From a virus (Duplodnaviria; Caudoviricetes), in IMG/VR virus record IMGVR_UViG_3300001868_000021, positions 1-35,397 of that record: a DNA stretch of 35,397 bases; one strand, written 5' to 3'. The notes below the pieces were generated by a model. That model worked only from the letters and a program-made list of their open reading frames with translations, did no database searches and was not told where the DNA came from. This document shows positions 1 through 8,045 of the stretch, in pieces. The stretch's first letter is position 1, and each line of letters begins with the position of its first letter. A program made the translations under genes and the position numbers.

Positions 1-10
1 GTTGTATTTG
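1..10 (+). repeat. Putative attL core (may extend left of the window)
   Basis: GTTGTATTTG identical to 35274-35283; lies just past the integrase 3' end. Confidence 0.7.
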
Positions 11-26
11 AACCTTAGCACACAGT

Positions 27-53
27 AAAAAAGCGCCTTAATTAGGTGCTTTT
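27..53. terminator. Bidirectional intrinsic terminator overlapping the integrase stop codon
   Basis: AAAAAAGCGCCT-TAATT-AGGTGCTTTT stem-loop flanked by A and T tracts. Confidence 0.7.
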
Positions 54-1187
54 CTTTATGTCGTGTGGTAGATTCGTAACAGAATCGTAGCATTTTCTTT
101 CAAAATCGTTTAGCGAGTTGACCATCTTCTGTTGAGATTCCTTGAACCAGTGTCCGTAACGGTTGTTTATTTGCAACACAGAGTTACCTGAACGCTTAGA
201 AATCTCAAACGCATCATAACCTAGACTAATCAATAGTGATATGTTTGAGTGCCTAAACCCATGTAGCGTAATTTTAGGAAGTCCAGCACTCTTATAGATT
301 CTTTCCAAGTGCCAAATAAATGTAGTCAACGCATACGGATCATCGAATCCGAACAAGTATGTTTCTCTACTATACAGATAGTTCTTCGACAACGCTTGTA
401 TATGCGTTTGTAGAGCGTTATGCACTCGGTCGGTCATAACAATGTCCCTGTACGAGTTATCGGTCTTAGGCGTTGTTTCTATGTGTGCTACATAATTCCA
501 TGTCTTATAGATACGAACGACATTATCGGTGAAATCAATATCCTTAACTTTCAATGCCATGAGTTCGCCTATTCTGATTCCTAGCCAATACAACATATCG
601 AACGCTGTTTCATACTCTTGATTCTGAATCATCGAGTAGAATATATCATACTGTTTCGGAGTGTAGTAGGAGATTACTTTTTTACGTTCACCTTTATGTT
701 TTATGATAGACAGCCGATATGGGTTTTCTTTTATCTTGTAATTCTTGTATGCCCAGTTTAATACTCGTTTAAATACTGATTGAAGCTTCTCGATATATCC
801 GTTACTCATTAAATCACCGTTCAATTTTCTACCAGTCAATAATTCGCTGCGCCACTTCATAATTTCTTGATGGTTAATATCATCTATGTTCATAGTTCCG
901 AATCTCGGTAACAATTTACGATGGGCGAAGTGTATACTTGTCAATGTTGATTCCTTTAACCTGTGTTTTTCTTCTTCAAGGTATATGTCATATAACCGTT
1001 GGTAGGTAAGCACACCGTTACTTTTAGATAGTTCAAGCATATATGCCTTACCAACAGCTCTTGCTTCTCGTTGCGTACGCCACTTGCGATTCTCTATCTT
1101 CTTTTGGTGTGATTGATTGGGTATCAACGGATCTCGGATATGAACATAATAGACACCTTCTTTATTCTTACCAGTCGATATTGACAT
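42..1187 (-). CDS. int: Tyrosine recombinase / phage integrase
   Basis: GIRIGE (R), TPKT (K), HGFRH and RYGH (Y) motifs; start moved to ATG at 1187 (MSIST) behind an AGGAAG RBS; ORF track starts at 1244. Confidence 0.95.
   Translation of the reverse strand: MSISTGKNKEGVYYVHIRDPLIPNQSHQKKIENRKWRTQREARAVGKAYMLELSKSNGVLTYQRLYDIYLEEEKHRLKESTLTSIHFAHRKLLPRFGTMNIDDINHQEIMKWRSELLTGRKLNGDLMSNGYIEKLQSVFKRVLNWAYKNYKIKENPYRLSIIKHKGERKKVISYYTPKQYDIFYSMIQNQEYETAFDMLYWLGIRIGELMALKVKDIDFTDNVVRIYKTWNYVAHIETTPKTDNSYRDIVMTDRVHNALQTHIQALSKNYLYSRETYLFGFDDPYALTTFIWHLERIYKSAGLPKITLHGFRHSNISLLISLGYDAFEISKRSGNSVLQINNRYGHWFKESQQKMVNSLNDFERKCYDSVTNLPHDIKKST
70..92 (+). repeat. Putative integrase arm-type sites, left arm
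   Basis: Tandem AGATTCGTAAC / AGAATCGTAGCA; the 12-mer AGAATCGTAGCA recurs at 35150-35161. Confidence 0.6.
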
Positions 1188-1330
1188 ACATTTTTCTTCC
1201 TTTCTGTCTACCCATAATAGTAGACATGATTTTATTTTATCCATGTAACAAAATTATGTATTTACATCATGATTTTGTATATACAAGTGATACAATATAA
1301 TTAATTTACGGGGGTAAAAAATAATGATAA

Positions 1331-1555
1331 TTATTGAATCTTACTGTCAGATAATATTTGATCTACCGTAGTGTGATAGATGGTTGCTAATTCTTCTAAA
1401 ACAGTAACATCTACTCTGCGTTTACCAGTTTCATAATGACTAATGGCTACGAACGAAACACCTAATTGTTTAGCAACTTCATCTTGTGTCAAGTGGTTAC
1501 TTTTTCTAAGTTTACGCAAATGTTCGGCTATTTCGTTTACTCTAATTTTATCCAT
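1331..1555 (-). CDS. XRE-family HTH protein, CI-like repressor (HTH only)
   Basis: LRKLRK..LTQDEVAKQLGVS..AISHYETGKR HTH_3 pattern; divergent from the cro-like gene. Confidence 0.88.
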   Translation of the reverse strand: MDKIRVNEIAEHLRKLRKSNHLTQDEVAKQLGVSFVAISHYETGKRRVDVTVLEELATIYHTTVDQILSDSKIQ

Positions 1556-1583
1556 ACTGCACCACCTTTCATTTCATAACCAT

Positions 1584-1611
1584 ATTATATAGCATTTTTT
1601 TCATGTTGCAA
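1584..1611 (-). promoter_or_regulatory. Leftward sigma-A promoter for the repressor
   Basis: Minus strand TTGCAA-N16-TATAAT. Confidence 0.6.
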
Positions 1612-1618
1612 TAAAAAT

Positions 1619-1633
1619 TTAACAAATCGTTAA
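1619..1633. promoter_or_regulatory. Operator O1
   Basis: TTAAC-AAATC-GTTAA palindrome, identical to 1682-1696. Confidence 0.8.
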
Positions 1634-1640
1634 AATTCAC

Positions 1641-1669
1641 TTGCTTTATGTAAAATAAACGCTTATTAT
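1641..1669 (+). promoter_or_regulatory. Rightward lytic promoter
   Basis: TTGCTT-N17-TATTAT lying between O1 and O2. Confidence 0.65.
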
Positions 1670-1681
1670 GGAATTATGAAC

Positions 1682-1696
1682 TTAACAAATCGTTAA
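1682..1696. promoter_or_regulatory. Operator O2
   Basis: TTAAC-AAATC-GTTAA. Confidence 0.8.
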
Positions 1697-1711
1697 ATAT
1701 ACAGAAAGGAA

Positions 1712-1909
1712 GTGAAAAATATGGACAAGTTTACAGTTGCACAAATTAGAGTTGGAATGGGACTAAACCAAACCGAAATGGGCAAACTATTAAAGATGAG
1801 CCGCCAAAAGTATGCCCTTAAAGAATCGGGAAAAACTAAGTGGTACGCTGATGAAATCGACATCTTGATAAAACTATCAGGAAAGCGATACGATCAGATA
1901 AGTCGATAA
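1712..1909 (+). CDS. Cro-like HTH regulator
   Basis: IRVGMGLNQTEMGKLLKMSRQKYALKESG HTH; first rightward gene; AGGAAG RBS. Confidence 0.85.
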   Translation: MKNMDKFTVAQIRVGMGLNQTEMGKLLKMSRQKYALKESGKTKWYADEIDILIKLSGKRYDQISR

Positions 1910-1950
1910 AAAAATCACCAACGGTGCGGTATTTTTTTATGCCCTGTCAC

Positions 1951-1965
1951 TTAACAAAGTGTTAA
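1951..1965. promoter_or_regulatory. Operator O3
   Basis: TTAAC-AAAGT-GTTAA between cro and the xis-like gene. Confidence 0.72.
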
Positions 1966-1986
1966 ATATTGAAAGGAGAATCGCCT

Positions 1987-2175
1987 ATGAGCTTATGGGT
2001 AAATACAACAGAGATTGCCGAACTAGCACAATGTAGCATGAAGAAAGCAAAAGTAATACGAGAAGAAGTTAACAAGAGAATTGAAAATTTAGGTTACTAC
2101 ATACCGAATAAAACGAAAGCACCGAGAGCCAATGTAATTGAGTATCTCGGAATAAAGGAGAATCACAATGCATAA
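1987..2175 (+). CDS. Putative excisionase (ICEBs1 Xis / DUF3173-like)
   Basis: Small basic protein; EIAELAQCSMKKAKVIREEVNKRIENLGY resembles the ICEBs1 Xis pattern; ATG at 1987 follows AAGGAG. Confidence 0.6.
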   Translation: MSLWVNTTEIAELAQCSMKKAKVIREEVNKRIENLGYYIPNKTKAPRANVIEYLGIKENHNA

Positions 2176-2311
2176 ATTTACAACTAATCTCGACAACACA
2201 GAATCACCAGTATCAGAACAACCGAATAACAAATGGACAGAGTTCCTGTTGATTGCAACGATGGCGCTTATCGTTGTAGGTATCGTTGCATTAGCGAGTA
2301 AGGCATTATGA
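2168..2311 (+). CDS. Small single-TM protein (47 aa; not in ORF track)
   Basis: MHKFTT...FLLIATMALIVVGIVALASKAL*; AAGGAG RBS; overlaps both neighbours. Confidence 0.6.
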   Translation: MHKFTTNLDNTESPVSEQPNNKWTEFLLIATMALIVVGIVALASKAL

Positions 2312-2502
2312 CAAGCAATCAAGAATTGGCGTGTCTAATCACACTAAATGATATTGATAAAATCGAGGGTGCATTGCTAAGAGTTAATTACAGAATTTGT
2401 GAGTATGGATCTAATGAAAAAATATTACATGACTTGAAAGGGTTAAAGGTTCGGATCGAACTATTAATATTCACACTGTCAACAGAGAAGGGGAACAAGT
2501 AA
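2308..2502 (+). CDS. Hypothetical phage protein
   Basis: ATGA-coupled ORF in the early operon. Confidence 0.55.
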   Translation: MTSNQELACLITLNDIDKIEGALLRVNYRICEYGSNEKILHDLKGLKVRIELLIFTLSTEKGNK

Positions 2503-2718
2503 ATGGAAATCACGAAAAGCATACCCGGCGGTATGTCAATTGGCTACGGTAAGGTTGACGATCTGGGTGAAAAGAACATCCAGTTGATGGCAACATTCAG
2601 CGGATCCCCAATGGTCAAATTCGAAGACGGAACGATCGTTCTGATCTCATGGGCTGACATTGTGATGATCGCAGACGATTTTAGAAAGGAAAAAGAAAAT
2701 GGAACAACTACAAATTAG
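2503..2718 (+). CDS. Hypothetical phage protein
   Basis: RBS present; abuts the previous ORF. Confidence 0.6.
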   Translation: MEITKSIPGGMSIGYGKVDDLGEKNIQLMATFSGSPMVKFEDGTIVLISWADIVMIADDFRKEKENGTTTN

Positions 2719-3397
2719 AACCGAAAACGACCGGATTACCGTCAGCGCAAGAGAATTACATCAAATGTTAGATGTTCCGACAAGATTCAACGACTGGTTT
2801 CCAAGAATGGCAGAGTATGGATTTGAAGAAGGAACTGACTTCAACTTACTCAAAAATGAGTATGTTCAAACAGAAGGAACACGAGAAGTCGCACGAGACG
2901 ATTACCAAATATCAGTTGACATGGCGAAAGAGATCGCAATGATTCAGCGCAATGAAAAAGGCAAAGAAGTCAGACAATATTTTATCAATGTCGAACGTGA
3001 ATGGAATACACCGGAAAAAATCATGGCGAGAGCGCTGCGAGTAGCACAGTCAACAATCGATAGTTTCAATAAGAAAATCGCACTGGATAAGCCGAAGGTA
3101 GAATTCTTTGATCAAGTTACATCAAGTAAGAACGCAATCGACATGGCAACGTGTGCAAAGGTTCTGAACATTAGTGGATTTGGAAGAAATAATCTGTTCG
3201 AGCTACTACGGAATAAGAAAATCCTTCAATCAAACAATGTTCCGTATCAAAAGTATGTCGATCAAGGTTACTTCCGGGTTATTGAACAGAAATATGCGAA
3301 ACCTGATGGAACCATTCAGATCAACATCAAAACGGTCGTGTACCAGTCAGGACTTGATTTCATAAGAAGAACGATTGCAAAAGAGAATGAGGCATAA
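2699..3397 (+). CDS. Phage antirepressor (AntA/AntB N-terminal + KilAC C-terminal domain)
   Basis: VSARELH..L....F.DW, MAKEIAMIQRNEKGKEVRQYFI, KPKVEFFD, GRNNLFELLR, PYQKY. Confidence 0.92.
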   Translation: MEQLQIRTENDRITVSARELHQMLDVPTRFNDWFPRMAEYGFEEGTDFNLLKNEYVQTEGTREVARDDYQISVDMAKEIAMIQRNEKGKEVRQYFINVEREWNTPEKIMARALRVAQSTIDSFNKKIALDKPKVEFFDQVTSSKNAIDMATCAKVLNISGFGRNNLFELLRNKKILQSNNVPYQKYVDQGYFRVIEQKYAKPDGTIQINIKTVVYQSGLDFIRRTIAKENEA

Positions 3398-3423
3398 AAA
3401 AGATACCTACTCGAATAGGTATC
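3396..3423 (-). terminator. Intrinsic terminator, minus-strand orientation
   Basis: AAAAAA-GATACCTA-CTCGAA-TAGGTATC. Confidence 0.55.
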
Positions 3424-3465
3424 ACGTGTGGGAACACAACTAATTATACATGAAAAGAGAAACAA

Positions 3466-4065
3466 ATGAAACTATCTAACAGAAGTTGGCTAACCATAAT
3501 CTTCGCATTACTGGTTGTAGTCGTATCGGTAACACTCATCAAGATGAACACCGAAATGGAATTGCTAAGCGCACAGATTCAACTCGAAGATGAACAAGCA
3601 GAGAACGCTAAATTATGGGTGTCAGTAGAAACGCTACAAACCGAGATAGCGGCGATTAAGTCAACGCCTACTTACATTTACAGAAATGTGTGTTCAACTT
3701 CGATATTCAAATCATACATGGACTTCCGAACGATTACGAATCACTCATCGACTCAATGGAAGTTACAACAAGTAGCAACTACTGATAAAAACTTCGGTGT
3801 TCGGTTGATTGACAATAAATACATCATGGTGGCTATGAGCGCCCAGTACGGACCTGTCGGCACAAAATATCTCATATCGTTCGACAGTGGTAAAAGCATT
3901 AACGCAATCGTGGGAGAGCAAAAGCAAGAACCATGTCAAGCATCGGACGGATCAATGATCGAATTCATCATCGACGTAGCAGTAACACCAAAAAGCATAC
4001 TCAGATCAGGGAATTTCAACGATGTTTTTCAAGGAAGCATCACAAGCATAATGGCGATCGAGTAA
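3466..4065 (+). CDS. Membrane-anchored protein with coiled coil and putative 3D/DPBB-like extracellular domain
   Basis: N-terminal hydrophobic helix, heptad region, C-terminal KSYMD..VAM..YG.VG..SMIEFIID domain; fold is inferred. Confidence 0.6.
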   Translation: MKLSNRSWLTIIFALLVVVVSVTLIKMNTEMELLSAQIQLEDEQAENAKLWVSVETLQTEIAAIKSTPTYIYRNVCSTSIFKSYMDFRTITNHSSTQWKLQQVATTDKNFGVRLIDNKYIMVAMSAQYGPVGTKYLISFDSGKSINAIVGEQKQEPCQASDGSMIEFIIDVAVTPKSILRSGNFNDVFQGSITSIMAIE

Positions 4066-4084
4066 CGAGCCGGAAAGAAAAAAT

Positions 4085-4354
4085 ATGGAGAATAAATATC
4101 AAGAAGCATACGAAGTAATTGGTTCAATAATTCCAAAGGGATTAGTTATTGGTAAAATTGAAGACTTGCCGAAACACTTTGAGTCATTCAAAGAAGTTGT
4201 TGATAGAGCAACACCAACAGAAATAATTATTGATTGTAATTATCACGGCGGAACCGACTATTCTTGCCCGTATTGTGGAAATTCAATCATGAAAGTATTT
4301 AAACCTGATTTCTGCCAATGCTGTGGTCAAGCGCTCGAATGGAAGAGTGAATAA
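4085..4354 (+). CDS. Zinc-ribbon protein
   Basis: CPYCG...FCQCCGQALEW. Confidence 0.75.
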   Translation: MENKYQEAYEVIGSIIPKGLVIGKIEDLPKHFESFKEVVDRATPTEIIIDCNYHGGTDYSCPYCGNSIMKVFKPDFCQCCGQALEWKSE

Positions 4355-4355
4355 T

Positions 4356-4475
4356 ATGACCTATGTAATTACATTTATCTTCGGTGCAATGGTTGGTGCT
4401 TGTGTAGGAATCGTAGTAATTGGGTTAATGATTGCAGGAAAGGAAGATGATCGTGAACAAACGACAAATGAATGA
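4356..4475 (+). CDS. Small TM protein, DUF3789-like (39 aa; not in ORF track)
   Basis: MTYVITFIFGAMVGACVGIVVIGLMIAGKEDD; fills the gap between ORFs. Confidence 0.6.
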   Translation: MTYVITFIFGAMVGACVGIVVIGLMIAGKEDDREQTTNE

Positions 4476-4653
4476 AGCCGTAAAGGTAGCACTCATGATG
4501 AATTTAATGGGAATGGGAATGACAGTAAGTAAAGATTCTACGCCCGACGAATTACATCAATGCCCAAGATGTGGATATGAATATAAAAACTATGGTCCAA
4601 AGTATTGCCCAGAGTGTAAGAAACGGCTTTGGAAGAAAGGCGGCGAAGAATAA
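4447..4653 (+). CDS. Zinc-finger protein
   Basis: CPRCG...YCPECK; start uncertain (4447 or 4453). Confidence 0.65.
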   Translation: MIVNKRQMNEAVKVALMMNLMGMGMTVSKDSTPDELHQCPRCGYEYKNYGPKYCPECKKRLWKKGGEE

Positions 4654-5111
4654 TGAAAATTGATGAAAAATTAGAGTTACTCGCAAGAGCAATTCGTGGA
4701 GATATTAAGATTGAAGTAAAGGGAGATTACAATATCAATCAGTTAAATTGGAATCAGCTATCATGGCTAGATAATCCAAAAATGTTTGTTATAAATGATA
4801 CATTTTTTACGGTCAATGACCTAATGCGCAATTATTTTGAAATTCGTGAAGTAAAGAAACTTCCATTACTAACACAAGATGAATGCGAGTTTCTGAAATG
4901 GTTTCCACAAGATTGGTGGATAGCAAAAGATGAAGATAATTTAATAGGAATATATGAAATTAAACCAGCAAAAGATGAATCGTGCTGGGAATCGTGGAAT
5001 GGAGATGATGTCTATATGACATATCATCCACTGTTCGAATCTATCAAATGGTCAGATGAAGATTGCTACACAATTGGTGAACTAATTAAATACTCAAAGG
5101 AGAATAGCTAA
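4653..5111 (+). CDS. Hypothetical phage protein
   Basis: TAATG-coupled start (MKIDEK); WIAKDED...FESIKWSDED motif typical of Firmicute phage early proteins. Confidence 0.7.
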   Translation: MKIDEKLELLARAIRGDIKIEVKGDYNINQLNWNQLSWLDNPKMFVINDTFFTVNDLMRNYFEIREVKKLPLLTQDECEFLKWFPQDWWIAKDEDNLIGIYEIKPAKDESCWESWNGDDVYMTYHPLFESIKWSDEDCYTIGELIKYSKENS

Positions 5112-5383
5112 TGGAACCAACAGTAACGATGTCGCTTAGTGAATATAACGATTTGAGAGATACAAATAAGGAGCTGCAAAATAAGGTTATTGAATACGCA
5201 GAGCAGATACAGAAGGAACAATTGAGCAATATCGCAGTTCGTGAATGGAAAATAAATCAGATGGTAACAGGAAGGAATAAAGGAGAATGGACTATACACA
5301 ATGTTCGTAGAGCAATTCTTAAGAATGACTATGGCATCGCAAACGAAGAAATCGACGCATATCTCGCAAAGGTGAACAGCTAA
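5111..5383 (+). CDS. Hypothetical coiled-coil protein
   Basis: TAATG coupling; AAGGAG RBS. Confidence 0.65.
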   Translation: MEPTVTMSLSEYNDLRDTNKELQNKVIEYAEQIQKEQLSNIAVREWKINQMVTGRNKGEWTIHNVRRAILKNDYGIANEEIDAYLAKVNS

Positions 5384-5697
5384 TGGCGAAATTAAAGAAT
5401 CTTGGATTCGTAGTCATTGAAAAAAGAGAATATGACATATTGAATAATGAAATAAACTGGCTTCGTGATCGATTAAAAGAAAAAAGGGATGAAGCATCAT
5501 ATCTTGAATTGATATTAAATAAAACTATTTGTGAAAATAACAAACTGCACGACCATATCATCGACGAAAAAGTATATATATCACGTGTTTCTAAGACGTC
5601 GGCAATTGACGATGTAGATGTTCTCGAATGTATCGAACTGGGAATCACATCGGATGAAATCGAAGCGTTTCTATCTCGCTGCAATGGTCGCAAATAA
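5383..5697 (+). CDS. Hypothetical coiled-coil protein
   Basis: TAATG coupling. Confidence 0.65.
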   Translation: MAKLKNLGFVVIEKREYDILNNEINWLRDRLKEKRDEASYLELILNKTICENNKLHDHIIDEKVYISRVSKTSAIDDVDVLECIELGITSDEIEAFLSRCNGRK

Positions 5698-5867
5698 TGG
5701 AAATCGTAAGATGGGTGAAAGCCGTACAACATTGCCTAGATAAAATGCAAGAAGCGGCCGATAGAGAAGACATCACCGGTGCCATTCAAGCAGTCGAATA
5801 TATGAAGCGATACGACAAAGGCGAGAGAACAGCGATCTTACTTGAGCAATTGGAGTCACTGCAATGA
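5697..5867 (+). CDS. Hypothetical protein (56 aa; not in ORF track)
   Basis: MEIVRWVKAVQHC...LEQLESLQ*; coupled at both ends (TAATG, ATGA). Confidence 0.6.
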   Translation: MEIVRWVKAVQHCLDKMQEAADREDITGAIQAVEYMKRYDKGERTAILLEQLESLQ

Positions 5868-6055
5868 ACGATGAAATTATCGAAGTTGACGAGCAACAAG
5901 CAACACAGATCATCGAAACTGGGAAACCAATCGGCAAGTTCTGGACTAAAAGCAACGGACTATATATCGCCATTGATAACAGCTGCGGTGAATCGTGGCA
6001 AGAAGAATTTGAGAGTAAAAGCATCATGATGGAATGGCTGAACGCAAGTATCTAA
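5864..6055 (+). CDS. Hypothetical phage protein
   Basis: IAIDNS.GESWQEEF motif; coupled start. Confidence 0.65.
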   Translation: MNDEIIEVDEQQATQIIETGKPIGKFWTKSNGLYIAIDNSCGESWQEEFESKSIMMEWLNASI

Positions 6056-6072
6056 ATGAAAGAGAAACAAAC

Positions 6073-8031
6073 ATGAAACAAGTAATTTTTAATAAGATCG
6101 AGATATCCAACTTCAAGGGCATTGAGAACTTGAACGTGGAATTCGGAACGACAACCTATTTCAAAGGTGCCAACGGTACCGGTAAGACTAGCATAGCGGA
6201 TGCGATCAATTGGGTACTGTTCAACAAGGATTCGACCGGTTCAAGTACATTCCCGGTGAAACGCAAAGACGGTCAAGGGAACGACATTCATAACATCATC
6301 ATTGATGTAGTTCTCGATCTGTCCGTCGATGGCGAACATCACATATTCAGACGGAAACAAGAAGAAAACTGGGTGTTGAAACGCGGATCCTCAATCCCGG
6401 TGTTAGACGGAAACGTTCAGACACTTTATTACAACGATTCAGTGACCAAAACAAAAGAGTACGCTGATTCAGTCAGTTCAATCGTTGCGGAAGATACATT
6501 CAGACTTCTGACCAGTCCGACCTATTTCATGACACAGATTGATGCCAAAAAGCGCAGAGAAAAGTTGATGGAGTTTGTCGGGTCCGAATCCGAAGTTGAG
6601 AACAGTTTAAAAGCAAAAGCGATCTATTCACCGCTTATGATCGAATGGAATAAAGACATCAACAAAAATAAGAACTTTGCTCAATTTAAAGAATACATGG
6701 CGCAGAAAGCCAAAGAGAACAAAGAAGAAATCGAACGGCTTCCGTATCAGATTGATGAGTTGACGAGAACACTGGTTAATGATCTCGATGAGAATGTCAT
6801 CAAGTCTCTAATGTTCGGCTATCAGGCAGAATTGAATTCGCTCACTGAACCGAAGTCGGCAGAGAAACCGTTAGAAGTACTCACCGCTGAAAACAGTATG
6901 CGTGACAAGCAGAAAGAGTTAAACGCATACAAAGACTCATGCCAGTCACAATACTTCTTAAAACGCTCTGAAATCGCTCGTGCGCGACAAGATGGCGAGT
7001 ACAAAATTGCCAGTGTCGAAGCAAAACTATTGTTGCTTAAAAACAATGAGAATCTGTTATCATCAAACATTCGAAGTCTGATGAACGAACACTTGCGACT
7101 TACGAATCTATACAAGAGTGTCAACGCCGAACAGTATGCAGAACCGAACGTATTAACAGTATGCCCGACGTGCGGCCAAAGTATACCTGAGAGTGAACTG
7201 CAAACGACGCTACTCACCGCAAAAGAGAATTGGTTGAACGATCATAAAACGAAGATTGAAAAGATCATTGAAGATGGAACACAGTGCAAAGTCGACATTG
7301 AAACGCAACAAGCAAATAACTCAATGTTGAAAGCACAGATCGCCGAAGCTGCCGAAGAACTTGAACACATGAAATCATCGGAAGAAACATTAGTTAAAGT
7401 CGGTGATGTATTCGAAAGTCAATTCATCAACTCATTATTGGTGGCGGACTTCGAATCCGACATCAGTAAATACAAGGCCATTGCCGATACCTATTATCAG
7501 GCAACAAACAGCAGCACAGCAATCACCGAAATGCTGGCGAAACGCAATCAGTTACAAGCCATGATCAATGACCAGAATCGCCGACTCGGTGCCTGTGAAT
7601 CGCAGAAGAACACACAAGCAAGAATCGACACATTAAAGGCCAGTGAGAAGAAGTTACTTGAATTGAAGAACGCTTTCAAAGATTTGGTCTACTTGTGTGA
7701 AGAATTGGAAAAAGAGAAGAATGAAGAATTCGAACGTCAACTATCATCGCACTTCACTCGTATCAAATGGCGCTTATTCGAGCAACAAGTCAACGGTGGT
7801 TATCGCCAAGTATGTGATGCGCTGCTTGATGGTAAACCCTACGATGCACAATCGACCGGTGAGAAACTGTTTAGCGGAATTGACATCATTGGAACATTCC
7901 AAGCGACCTACGGCATTGAATCGCCGATCATCATTGATAACCGTGAGAGTTTGACATTACCAGTGGTTACAACGTCACAAATAATCAGTATGTATGCAGA
8001 TGAAGCCTATTCAACACTAACAAAAGTGTAA
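6073..8031 (+). CDS. SbcC/Rad50-like AAA ATPase
   Basis: Walker A GANGTGKT, long coiled coil, zinc hook CPTCG, signature QSTGE, Walker B IIIDN. Confidence 0.9.
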   Translation: MKQVIFNKIEISNFKGIENLNVEFGTTTYFKGANGTGKTSIADAINWVLFNKDSTGSSTFPVKRKDGQGNDIHNIIIDVVLDLSVDGEHHIFRRKQEENWVLKRGSSIPVLDGNVQTLYYNDSVTKTKEYADSVSSIVAEDTFRLLTSPTYFMTQIDAKKRREKLMEFVGSESEVENSLKAKAIYSPLMIEWNKDINKNKNFAQFKEYMAQKAKENKEEIERLPYQIDELTRTLVNDLDENVIKSLMFGYQAELNSLTEPKSAEKPLEVLTAENSMRDKQKELNAYKDSCQSQYFLKRSEIARARQDGEYKIASVEAKLLLLKNNENLLSSNIRSLMNEHLRLTNLYKSVNAEQYAEPNVLTVCPTCGQSIPESELQTTLLTAKENWLNDHKTKIEKIIEDGTQCKVDIETQQANNSMLKAQIAEAAEELEHMKSSEETLVKVGDVFESQFINSLLVADFESDISKYKAIADTYYQATNSSTAITEMLAKRNQLQAMINDQNRRLGACESQKNTQARIDTLKASEKKLLELKNAFKDLVYLCEELEKEKNEEFERQLSSHFTRIKWRLFEQQVNGGYRQVCDALLDGKPYDAQSTGEKLFSGIDIIGTFQATYGIESPIIIDNRESLTLPVVTTSQIISMYADEAYSTLTKV

Positions 8032-8045
8032 GGAGAAACAAAAAA

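Noticed and set aside
1188-1244. Longer integrase start (MDKIKS...), which shares MDKI with the repressor start
   Set aside because: No RBS at 1244 but a good one before 1187; the short AT-rich match is plausibly chance.
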